From Nemertoderma westbladi (Eukaryota > Animalia > Xenacoelomorpha), in NCBI GenBank assembly GCA_032718475.1, contig JAUCBJ010003491.1, positions 1 to 57,255 on the forward strand: DNA of 57,255 nt. Direction: 5' to 3'. The position numbers were made by a program, and so were the translations under genes. Each line of letters starts with the position of its first letter. Positions within the stretch are counted from its first letter, which is position 1. A model generated the notes under the pieces. That model did not search any database, was not told the DNA's origin, and saw only the letters and a list, made by a program, of their open reading frames with translations. Shown here piece after piece: positions 1 through 10,571 of this stretch.

Positions 1-430
1 CTCACTTCCCTCACTTCCCTCACTTCCCTCACTCACTCCCTCACTTCCCTCACTTCCCTCACTTCCCTCACTTCCCTCACTTCCCTCACTTCCCTCACTT
101 CCCTCACTTCCCTCACTCACTCCCTCACTCACTCCCTCACTTCCCTCACTTCCCTCACTGCCTCACTTCCCTCACTGCCTCACTTCCCTCACTTCCCTCA
201 CTGCCTCACTTCCCTCACTTCCCTCACTGCCTCACTTCCCTCACTTCCCTCACTTCCCTCACTTCCCTCACTTCCCTCACTTCCCTCACTTCCCTCACTC
301 ACTCCCTCACTTCCCTCATTTCCCTCACTTCCCTCACTTCCCTCACTTCCCTCACTTCCCTCACTCACTCCCTCACTCACTCCCTCACTTCCCTCACTCA
401 CTCCCTCACTTCCCTCACTTCCCTCACTTC
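1..430. repeat. 9-bp tandem array (CTCACTTCC)n with 12-bp CTCACTCACTCC variants, truncated by window start
   Basis: Directly visible tandem periodicity; purine-rich on the minus strand (GGAAGTGAG). Confidence 0.95.
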
Positions 431-802
431 TGTATACTAGCTTTGACTCTCCCAGCTATAGTGATAGTATGCAACCTTGGGAGTTAATGTGCGGTCTTAC
501 GAGTAAATGTCAAGAGATTAGACTTCATGTTGCCTCCATTGATTCACTCTTCTTAACTTTATAAAATAACTCCACCCTTATTTAAAGTTTTAAAAATTAT
601 GACTTAGTCGACTAATTTTCCAAAATATATTATAAAAACATATAATTTCTTGAATAAATAGACCTAATAGTAATAAATATTGTTGGCAAATACATTTATA
701 ATACTAATATAATAATTAGGGATAAATAATCCTAATACTAATATAAATGTTATGGATAAATAGTCCTAATACTATTATGAAAGGAACTCAAACAAACAAA
801 TG

Positions 803-1771
803 TCAATAGCGTCGTCCTGCGCGAGCAAATACTGTACGAGAGTTTGATGTTATAGGTCTTCGAAAATAAGTAAAAGCTGGTTGATTTTCTTTAATTTCAT
901 CTTCCTCATTAACCAACTGTTTCTTAATTTCATTCAATTGTTCATTCATTTTCAGTAATTTACTTTTATTTCCCAGAACCTGTCTTAATATCTCTTCTCT
1001 ATTTTCCTCATTTTCTTCCATTTGTTTAATAAATTTCCGTATTTGATTTTTGTTTCCTAATATTTGTCTCAATATCTCTTCTTTATTTTCATCATTCTCT
1101 TCTAAATGTTTAATAATTTTCCGCAATTTATTCTTATTTCCAAGTAATTGTCTCAATATTTCCTTATTATTATCATTTTCATCATCTTCTTCACTTTCCT
1201 GACCTTCACTTTCTTCGTCCTCTTCATGACCTTCACTTTCTTCATCCTCTTTCTGACCTTCACTTTCGTCATCCTCTTCCCCGCCTTCACTTTCTTCATC
1301 GTCTTCCTGACCTTCGCTTTCTTCATTCTCTTCCTGACCTTCGCTATCTTCACCCTCTTCCTGACCTTCACTTTCTTCGTCATCTTCCTGACCTTCACTC
1401 ACTTCGTTCTCAACCTCACTCTCTTCAACTTCATCCTGACCCTCACTATTTTCATTCTCCATCTCATCGTCCTCTTCTTCTTCACTTTCCTCACTCAAAT
1501 TTTCATCATTTTCTAGGGGTAACTGTTTTTGTATCCTTTTCAAAATATTCATAACTTTATGAAATTTATTTTCTGTTGTCTGTTTTATCTTTAATATATC
1601 ACGCTCAACTCTCTTTTTCTTTTCATCTTCACTAAAAATATCTTCGGATTTTTTAAATTTCTTTGGTAATGGATCCATTAGTTTATCCTTTCTATGTCTT
1701 TCCATGTGACGAGATAGATTGTCTTGTCTCATTTCTTTATTACAAACCAAACATTTTTCATAACTAGGCAT
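803..1771 (-). CDS. Orphan 322-aa protein: N-terminal single C2H2-like zinc finger, basic NLS-like patch, long acidic repeat tract, three ~28-aa helical repeats; possibly of viral/Polinton-type origin
   Basis: ATG-started ORF with CLVC-x11-HMERH, PKKFKK, repeated SEGQEDDEE-like units and three NKE(E)ILRQxLGNK repeats. Very AT-rich codon use, unlike neighbouring genes. Upstream TATA-Inr. Confidence 0.7.
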   Translation of the reverse strand: MPSYEKCLVCNKEMRQDNLSRHMERHRKDKLMDPLPKKFKKSEDIFSEDEKKKRVERDILKIKQTTENKFHKVMNILKRIQKQLPLENDENLSEESEEEEDDEMENENSEGQDEVEESEVENEVSEGQEDDEESEGQEEGEDSEGQEENEESEGQEDDEESEGGEEDDESEGQKEDEESEGHEEDEESEGQESEEDDENDNNKEILRQLLGNKNKLRKIIKHLEENDENKEEILRQILGNKNQIRKFIKQMEENEENREEILRQVLGNKSKLLKMNEQLNEIKKQLVNEEDEIKENQPAFTYFRRPITSNSRTVFARAGRRY

Positions 1772-1882
1772 TATATAGCAATGTCAATTGATATTATGAG
1801 TTTTCGATAAATGATTTTACATAATTTTAAATAAATAAAACTTTTATGAAAATAAATAAAACTTTTAAAAATAAAAATTAGA

Positions 1883-1918
1883 GAATGAATGGGAATGCGG
1901 TGACTGGGGGCTTTTATA
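1883..1918 (-). promoter_or_regulatory. TATA box plus initiator for the 803..1771 ORF
   Basis: Minus strand reads TATAAAAG (1918-1911), then TCATTC (1888-1883). The Inr A at 1886 is 32 nt from the first T of TATA, which is canonical spacing. Confidence 0.6.
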
Positions 1919-2348
1919 GAGGGAGGTTAGAATGGAGTTGTGAAAGAAGAATAATCTATTGCAAGAGCAGATGTTTATTATAATTTCTTGGACGAATTGA
2001 TATAATAACGAAGCTGTGGGTATGAATAATTTAAGCTCTGTGGCATGCCCCATTCACGCAGGCCCCATTCACGCATTGATGTTTGGGTTAGTCATGCTAT
2101 AGTTAATAAGAGCCCAAACAGCCACAGATTATTGAGGGATGACTCGGGGCTAAACTGGGGCCACTTTTTTGTGAAAGGGTATATTTATGTTTTGGGCCTC
2201 GATTGTGTCTTTATATTTAATTCTACCTTTACCTACTGTATGGCAAAAATAATACAAATGTACTGTATATTGTATTGCACAGTGTCTATTGTATTGTATA
2301 TTTCGTTTGTTATAGTACAATTTATTCATCCCGCGTCCCTATCTGATT

Positions 2349-2448
2349 GATTTGTATCAAATTAAATTGCCTTTGGCAACATTATTTGATACAAATCGAT
2401 TGATTAAACAATTAATTAATTGTTTAATCGACCAATTAATTAATTGGT
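2349..2448. repeat. Cluster of three AT-rich palindromes/inverted repeats
   Basis: 14-bp arms GATTTGTATCAAAT (2349-2362) and ATTTGATACAAATC (2384-2397); perfect 28-bp palindrome 2402-2429; perfect 18-bp palindrome 2431-2448. Confidence 0.85.
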
Positions 2449-2938
2449 TAATTAATTAATGATCTACTTAACACCCAAGGTGTGAAGTGGGTCTAACTGT
2501 CGCCGAGGGTGGCATACTATTACTACTGGCAGGGCCTATTGCCTACGTCAGTACGCAGCTGGATAAAGTGTAGGCCTAAAGGCTACCGGTAGCAGTACTA
2601 CTGTACTACGTCTGTTCATCAGTACGTTGAAAGTTCATCTGCCGGTAGTCTTCGGCCTACTGTTGTTATGTCAATTACCGTATCAATATGGATTGAAGTC
2701 CAGTCCAGACTGCCAGAAGTCAATGCAGCAATGTAAATTCGAAGAGAAATTGATGCGAATTGAAAACAATAATTTTTGTCCCACCAATATCTGAATAGGC
2801 CTACCTGCCTACTGCAGTACTCAGGCAGTCAGGTACTGGAGGAATATAACCAAACTAACAGATTAAGTTAAACTTATAGAAACAGCTTACATCTGTAGGC
2901 CTACATAAACTGTCGTGAAAAACCTCCACAAGACAGAA

Positions 2939-5900
2939 ATGGAAGAACTCAAGGTGACAACAGAAACAGAATCTGAGTTACAAAACGACTCGACCGCTGT
3001 TATTGAGATGGACACCCCAATAGAATGTACCGCTTGTACCGATACCAATGACGGTAGTGGTGTCTACAGAACAGAAGCAGAACGCGAATTTCCATATCTT
3101 TCTGGTATGGAGGTCGTATTAAACACGACATCCTTATTAATAAAAAGCAACACATCGGGTGATCAAATATCAAGTCCTGTTGCTTCCAAGTTGAATCCAA
3201 TTGTTTCGATCACTTGCGAGAAACCTCACGAAGTTTTTGTAGAGGCCGGAACTGTGACACAATTGTCCTCCCAAATCGCTAACTCACATGGTACCGACAA
3301 TAAGACACATCCGACAGCTGTTGATACAACTGTTACAGACAATAAAATACATCCGACAGCTCTTGATACGACTGTTACAGACAATAAAATACATCCGACA
3401 GCTCTTGATACGACTGTTACAGACAATAAAATACACCTTATAGCTGTTGATACAACCATTACCGACAATAAAATACATCCGACAGCTGTTGATACAACTG
3501 TTACAGACAATAAAATACATCCGACAGCTGTTGATACAACTGTTACAGACAATAAAATACATCCGACAGCTCTTCTTGATACGACTGTTACAGACAATAA
3601 AATACATCCGACAGCTCTTGATACGACTGTTACAGACAATAAAATACATCCGACAGCTGTTGATACAACTATTACGAACAATAAAATACATCCGACAGCT
3701 CTTGATACGACTGTTACAGACAATAAAATACATCCGACAGCTCTTGATACGACTGTTACAGACAATAAAATATACCTGATAGCTGTTGATACAACTGTTA
3801 CAGACAATAAAATACACCCGACAGCTCTTGATACGACTGTTACAGACAATAAAATAAACCCGATAGCTGTTGATACAAGATCAGCAACGACGTCACATTA
3901 TCTTGTTTCTAATGCCGACCCTCCCCGGGTCATTGATCGACCATTGGAACCGGCTACCGGAATGCCGGAAGGTTCTGCCCAAGTGTTTTCCTGGGAAAAT
4001 GAAGTTCTACGAATCGAGGGACTGGTCGATGAGCTTTCGCTATCTATGGAGAGCGACAAAGGTACCGGTACCGGTAATATTGTAAACGTCGTGGGGCAGA
4101 TGAAAAAAATATTGTCTTCATTTGTAGGGAATTGTAGGAATTCCGGGTTAGTTGAATCGGCGAAGGACAAAGAAATAGTGGAACTAAAGGACAAACTGGT
4201 TTCCCGAGATGAGGAAATCAATAGAACTGTGGCGAATTTTCGGAAGGAGTTAATAGAGCAGTCAGATCGCGCAAACCGCTCCATAAATATTCACAAAAAG
4301 GAGAAGGACGAAGCGTTTATGAAGTACGTTAGTAGAGAGAAACTGTTGTTGGATTACAGTAGGGAGCGGGAAAGGTTGGAGAGAAAGGTTAGCGAGAAAG
4401 TGGAGGAGTTTCAGAAAGCTAACAAACAGTTGGAACAAACCAAAGTCGAGAAAGCCAAGTATCGTTCCTGGTTGGAGAGTAAAGACGCGAACATAGATAG
4501 TCTCAATTACCAGCAACATAAACTGAAGGAGGAGCTGAGTGGTGTGTGTACCAGGTTGAGACAAAGTCAAGGGAAACTCGCTAAAGAGACAGAGGACCAT
4601 GTCGCTACAAAGGAGAAGCTATTATCGTCGCAAGAGAAGGTCGCTGAACTAATAGAGGAGGGGGACCGTATGCGACGGGAATGCGGTGCCATACTGGCGA
4701 TGGATAAGGAGCCGCGAGTGGCGGTGAGCGCAGGTCGCGAGACCGAAGCCATACGGACGAGGTACGGTGCCATGCTCGAGCTGATGAGCTCCAATAATGT
4801 TAAACTAATATGTCTGGAACAAGAGGTTGAAGGGTTACGCAACGAGCTGCTCCATTCCAAGGAGGTTATTAAGGGGTTGCAGACGAATAACTCTGAGCTG
4901 AACGATGAGCTGCTATCCGGGTCCGATCTGCGATCCCGGTTCGCTTCCGAGTGCAGCTCATCCTCCCTGAAGGACCAGAGAATCGCCTCCATGGAGGCCG
5001 AGTTGTCGGAGGCGAGCAAATCGGAGGAGTTGGCTCGGGCGAGGGAGTCCGAGTTGGCCGGATACACTGCGAAACTAGCGGAGGCCAAGGCCAAACTACA
5101 GGCCGATTACGATTCCTTGATACACCGACAGGGGGCGCTGGAGACCAGGGCAAGCAAAGTGCAGACTGAGAGGGACTGTCTGGAGGGGAAGCAGACGGTC
5201 CTGCTGGAGGATCTGGACAAACGGCAATGCCTGACCGACACCCTACAGTGGGAACTCGAGGTGGTAAAGAAAGCGGTAAACGAACTCACGAGTAACCTGG
5301 AAGACAGAAAGAACGAACTCGTCGTCGCTAAAAGGAAGTACCAAGGGCAGTGCAAGGATCTCTCTCGGGAGCTCGCGCTGGTGAAGAAGAAGTTGGATAA
5401 TTTGGAAGCCGGAAGTAAATCTAGTAGCCAACTAGTTATGAGCAGTCGGACGAGTTCAATGAACTCTGTTGATTTGCAGACGGATCGAGGGGGTTCTGGA
5501 ACTGAGGACACACCCGAGGGGTGGGTGCTGACCCCAGAGACCAAGTCAGACCCCTATCCGACCGTCGATAAAACCCAACTCGTCGAGAAAGTCGTCAAAC
5601 TCCAACGGCAGTTGGCGCGTAAGACCGAGAAGGTGGAGAATCTCGAGGACGCCTTGGTGCGCATCGAGGCCGAGGCTAAGAACAAAGGCAAGATAATAGA
5701 GAGTTACGTGCTGCGCGAAGCGTCGGGTTCGTTGATCAGTAGGTCCCGCTCCCACGGTCTGAATCAGCGAACTAATTCCTCGACGGATCAGCAGACCAGT
5801 TTGAGTTTGGCGATGGAAGTGAACCGCAAACTCCAGGCCGTTCTAGAGGACACTCTAATTAAAAACATCACTCTTAAAGATAATATCGAGACTTTGGGGG

Positions 5901-5947
5901 AAGAGATATCGAGGATTTCATCATTAAAGATCGCCGCACCGAAGTAG
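2939..5947 (+). CDS. CCDC186: Coiled-coil domain-containing protein 186 homologue (CCCP-1/Golgin104-like), single coding exon, ~1002 aa from the first ATG
   Basis: Long coiled coil with motifs recognised from CCDC186: KEKDEAFMKYVSREK, LVEKVVKLQRQLARKTEKVENLED and the C-terminal EVNRKLQAVLEDTLIKNITLKDNIETLGEEI. First ATG at 2939; the ORF track starts at an upstream GTG. Confidence 0.88.
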   Translation: MEELKVTTETESELQNDSTAVIEMDTPIECTACTDTNDGSGVYRTEAEREFPYLSGMEVVLNTTSLLIKSNTSGDQISSPVASKLNPIVSITCEKPHEVFVEAGTVTQLSSQIANSHGTDNKTHPTAVDTTVTDNKIHPTALDTTVTDNKIHPTALDTTVTDNKIHLIAVDTTITDNKIHPTAVDTTVTDNKIHPTAVDTTVTDNKIHPTALLDTTVTDNKIHPTALDTTVTDNKIHPTAVDTTITNNKIHPTALDTTVTDNKIHPTALDTTVTDNKIYLIAVDTTVTDNKIHPTALDTTVTDNKINPIAVDTRSATTSHYLVSNADPPRVIDRPLEPATGMPEGSAQVFSWENEVLRIEGLVDELSLSMESDKGTGTGNIVNVVGQMKKILSSFVGNCRNSGLVESAKDKEIVELKDKLVSRDEEINRTVANFRKELIEQSDRANRSINIHKKEKDEAFMKYVSREKLLLDYSRERERLERKVSEKVEEFQKANKQLEQTKVEKAKYRSWLESKDANIDSLNYQQHKLKEELSGVCTRLRQSQGKLAKETEDHVATKEKLLSSQEKVAELIEEGDRMRRECGAILAMDKEPRVAVSAGRETEAIRTRYGAMLELMSSNNVKLICLEQEVEGLRNELLHSKEVIKGLQTNNSELNDELLSGSDLRSRFASECSSSSLKDQRIASMEAELSEASKSEELARARESELAGYTAKLAEAKAKLQADYDSLIHRQGALETRASKVQTERDCLEGKQTVLLEDLDKRQCLTDTLQWELEVVKKAVNELTSNLEDRKNELVVAKRKYQGQCKDLSRELALVKKKLDNLEAGSKSSSQLVMSSRTSSMNSVDLQTDRGGSGTEDTPEGWVLTPETKSDPYPTVDKTQLVEKVVKLQRQLARKTEKVENLEDALVRIEAEAKNKGKIIESYVLREASGSLISRSRSHGLNQRTNSSTDQQTSLSLAMEVNRKLQAVLEDTLIKNITLKDNIETLGEEISRISSLKIAAPK
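3293..3877 (+). repeat. Coding 39-bp minisatellite (~15 copies of TDNKIHPTA[V/L]DTTV) within CCDC186
   Basis: Directly visible. The only length variant is an in-frame 3-bp (CTT) insertion near 3572. Confidence 0.95.
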
Positions 5948-6657
5948 CTGCGAGTTGGTATAATTAATATCTAAAATATATTGTTTGTTATTTGGTTTCG
6001 TAAATTAATACTTTCAATACGTCATCTCATGTTGCGGTCTATAAACCGATTGCGCTGAGCGCGTAAACACATTGCAATGCGCGAGTCAATGGGAGGGGGG
6101 GGGGGGGGGGGGGGGGGTTATTTGGTATTTATTTATTTACTATAAATAATAACATATATTGTTTTTCTCTTCCATCAGCTTTACAAGTTCGAACTAAACT
6201 GCAGTAAAACTTATCTACGTGTTATTAATAAATGTATTAACCTAAATTGTAATTCCCTGTAATGTGTTTATGTCGGGACTCCATATCATACTATTTGTTG
6301 TGTTGTGATTCTATTAATTATTTACATGTGCCGCGGGGACACTGAATGTCTAGTACTTTGCACCAAATGTGTGTGTAAGTTTGTTCCAAAGGTATTAGAT
6401 TGCTAAACAATTGAGAACAAAAAAGCTGCATGAAACTTTTCTTGTTACTAAAAATGTTTAAATTCTCGATCTAATTTTCCTAATTTCATTTGCCTTTTTA
6501 TTAGTTTAAAACTAGAAGGTTTTCACCTAATATTAATAAAGTTATTTCCTTTAATTTATTATAATATAGTTTCACCGCTGGTCATCTACAACATTATCGA
6601 ATTGAAATGTAATGAATTACAACAGTTTGGTTTGCTAAGTTTATATGATTATTATTC

Positions 6658-9600
6658 TTAGTTGATTCCCTAACGTAGGACACCGTGTATTACAGTTAGT
6701 TGATTATCTAACGTAGGACGCCGTGTATTACAGTTAGTTGATTATCTAACGTAGGACACCGTGTATTACAGTTAGTTGATTACCTAACGTAGGACACCGT
6801 GTATTACAGTTAGTTGATTACCTAACGTAGGACACCGTGTATTACAGTTAGTTGATTACCTAACGTAGGACACCGTGTATTACAGTTAGTTGATTACCTA
6901 ACGTAGGACACCGTGTATTACAGTTAGTTGATTATCTAACGTAGGACACCGTGTATTACAGTTAGTTGATTACCTAACGTAGGACACCGTGTATTACAGT
7001 TAGTTGATTACCTAACGTAGGACACCGTGTATTACAGTTAGTTGATTACCTAACGTAGGACACCGTGTATTACAGTTAGTTGATTACCTAACGTAGGACA
7101 CCGTGTATTACAGTTAGTTGATTATCTAACGTAGGACACCGTGTATTACAGTTAGTTGATTACCTAACGTAGGACACCGTGTATTACAGTTAGTTGATTA
7201 CCTAACGTAGGACACCGTGTATTACAGTTAGTTGATTACCTAACGTAGGACACCGTGTATTACAGTTAGTTGATTACCTAACGTAGGACACCGTGTATTA
7301 CAGTTAGTTGATTACCTAACGTAGGACACCGTGTATTACAGTTAGTTGATTACCTAACGTAGGACACCGTGTATTACAGTTAGTTGATTACCTAACGTAG
7401 GACACCGTGTATTACAGTTAGTTGATTACCTAACGTAGGACACCGTGTATTACAGTTAGTTGATTATCTAACGTAGGACACCGTGTATTACAGTTAGTTG
7501 ATTATCTAACGTAGGACACCGTGTATTACAGTTAGTTGATTACCTAACGTAGGACACCGTGTATTACAGTTAGTTGATTACCTAACGTAGGACACCGTGT
7601 ATTACAGTTAGTTGATTACCTAACGTAGGACACCGTGTATTACAGTTAGTTGATTACCTAACGTAGGACACCGTGTATTACAGTTAGTTGATTACCTAAC
7701 GTAGGACACCGTGTATTACAGTTAGTTGATTATCTAACGTAGGACACCGTGTATTACAGTTAGTTGATTACCTAACGTAGGACACCGTGTATTACAGTTA
7801 GTTGATTATCTAACGTAGGACACCGTGTATTACAGTTAGTTGATTACCTAACGTAGGACACCGTGTATTACAGTTAGTTGATTACCTAACGTAGGACACC
7901 GTGTATTACAGTTAGTTGATTACCTAACGTAGGACACCGTGTATTACAGTTAGTTGATTACCTAACGTAGGACACCGTGTATTACAGTTAGTTGATTACC
8001 TAACGTAGGACACCGTGTATTACAGTTAGTTGATTACCTAACGTAGGACACCGTGTATTACAGTTAGTTGATTACCTAACGTAGGACACCGTGTATTACA
8101 GTTAGTTGATTACCTAACGTAGGACACCGTGTATTACAGTTAGTTGATTACCTAACGTAGGACACCGTGTATTACAGTTAGTTGATTACCTAACGTAGGA
8201 CACCGTGTATTACAGTTAGTTGATTACCTAACGTAGGACACCGTGTATTACAGTTAGTTGATTACCTAACGTAGGACACCGTGTATTACAGTTAGTTGAT
8301 TACCTAACGTAGGACACCGTGTATTACAGTTAGTTGATTACCTAACGTAGGACACCGTGTATTACAGTTAGTTGATTACCTAACGTAGGACACCGTGTAT
8401 TACAGTTAGTTGATTACCTAACGTAGGACACCGTGTATTACAGTTAGTTGATTACCTAACGTAGGACACCGTGTATTACAGTTAGTTGATTACCTAACGT
8501 AGGACACCGTGTATTACAGTTAGTTGATTACCTAACGTAGGACACCGTGTATTACAGTTAGTTGATTACCTAACGTAGGACACCGTGTATTACAGTTAGT
8601 TGATTACCTAACGTAGGACACCGTGTATTACAGTTAGTTGATTACCTAACGTAGGACACCGTGTATTACAGTTAGTTGATTACCTAACGTAGGACACCGT
8701 GTATTACAGTTAGTTGATTACCTAACGTAGGACACCGTGTATTACAGTTAGTTGATTACCTAACGTAGGACACCGTGTATTACAGTTAGTTGATTACCTA
8801 ACGTAGGACACCGTGTATTACAGTTAGTTGATTACCTAACGTAGGACACCGTGTATTACAGTTAGTTGATTACCTAACGTAGGACACCGTGTATTACAGT
8901 TAGTTGATTACCTAACGTAGGACACCGTGTATTACAGTTAGTTGATTACCTAACGTAGGACACCGTGTATTACAGTTAGTTGATTACCTAACGTAGGACA
9001 CCGTGTATTACAGTTAGTTGATTACCTAACGTAGGACACCGTGTATTACAGTTAGTTGATTACCTAACGTAGGACACCGTGTATTACAGTTAGTTGATTA
9101 CCTAACGTAGGACACCGTGTATTACAGTTAGTTGATTACCTAACGTAGGACACCGTGTATTACAGTTAGTTGATTACCTAACGTAGGACACCGTGTATTA
9201 CAGTTAGTTGATTACCTAACGTAGGACACCGTGTATTACAGTTAGTTGATTACCTAACGTAGGACACCGTGTATTACAGTTAGTTGATTACCTAACGTAG
9301 GACACCGTGTATTACAGTTAGTTGATTACCTAACGTAGGACACCGTGTATTACAGTTAGTTGATTACCTAACGTAGGACACCGTGTATTACAGTTAGTTG
9401 ATTACCTAACGTAGGACACCGTGTATTACAGTTAGTTGATTACCTAACGTAGGACACCGTGTATTACAGTTAGTTGATTACCTAACGTAGGACACCGTGT
9501 ATTACAGTTAGTTGATTACCTAACGTAGGACACCGTGTATTACAGTTAGTTGATTACCTAACGTAGGACACCGTGTATTACAGTTAGTTGATTACCTAAC

Positions 9601-10000
9601 GTAGGACACCGTGTATTACAGTTAGTTGATTACCTAACGTAGGACACCGTGTATTACAGTTAGTTGATTACCTAACGTAGGACACCGTGTATTACAGTTA
9701 GTTGATTACCTAACGTAGGACACCGTGTATTACAGTTAGTTGATTACCTAACGTAGGACACCGTGTATTACAGTTAGTTGATTACCTAACGTAGGACACC
9801 GTGTATTACAGTTAGTTGATTACCTAACGTAGGACACCGTGTATTACAGTTAGTTGATTACCTAACGTAGGACACCGTGTATTACAGTTAGTTGATTACC
9901 TAACGTAGGACACCGTGTATTACAGTTAGTTGATTACCTAACGTAGGACACCGTGTATTACAGTTAGTTGATTACCTAACGTAGGACACCGTGTATTACA
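6658..10000. repeat. 38-bp satellite, ~88 copies (CAGTTAGTTGATTACCTAACGTAGGACACCGTGTATTA)
   Basis: Head-to-tail units with no spacers. C>T variants are seen only in the 5' third. Confidence 0.97.
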
Positions 10001-10571
10001 ATAACACCTACGATGCAGTTGGTTTAGTCACAATACGAAGTTATGCAATAAAATATTTAGCTTAAAATTCTCCGTTAAAAATTTACTTCTTAATTTTCAT
10101 GGATATTATATTATATATATTTAATTTTAGATTTCAATTAGGAATTCTCAGCAGTATAAATGTTTCAAATGTTTATGCAGTTTCTAAACGTATTCCCCGC
10201 CTACTTTATCATAATTCCATAAGATATGTTCCCAAGTTACTTTATGATAAATTTTGGTGTTGTGGTCATAATGTTTATTTTAAATTTATATTTCATTGTA
10301 TATTTTTTTGTATTGTTTATCCTAAATATCATTTGGTGCAGTGCTATAATTAATTATACCCATTTAGTTGTATTGTTTGGGTTCGAGTGAATAATACTGT
10401 ATTATAGAAAAAAAATAATTTTAATTTATATTATATAATTTAAACTGTGCTGTAATCTAATTTTTGTTTAATTTGGCCATATGGGGGGGGGGGGGGTGAT
10501 GTACCCCCTCCTATGGTGGAATTTTCACATTCTTGATTTTTTATTTCATCTAAAACAGAATTTAATGGGGA

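Noticed and set aside
198-401. SEG-repeat ORF, or telomere-like repeat
   Set aside because: By-product of the 9-bp array with no ATG; the unit is not a recognised telomeric repeat.
1148-1516. Phe/Ile-rich hydrophobic ORF and overlapping Lys/Val-rich ORF
   Set aside because: Antisense and alternative-frame shadows of the acidic repeat region of 803..1771.
3000-5755. Many overlapping ORFs within CCDC186
   Set aside because: Explained by the 39-bp repeat and GC-rich codon use; no independent motifs.
6658-10000. CRISPR array (38-bp, partly palindromic repeat)
   Set aside because: No unique spacers, no cas genes, eukaryotic context.
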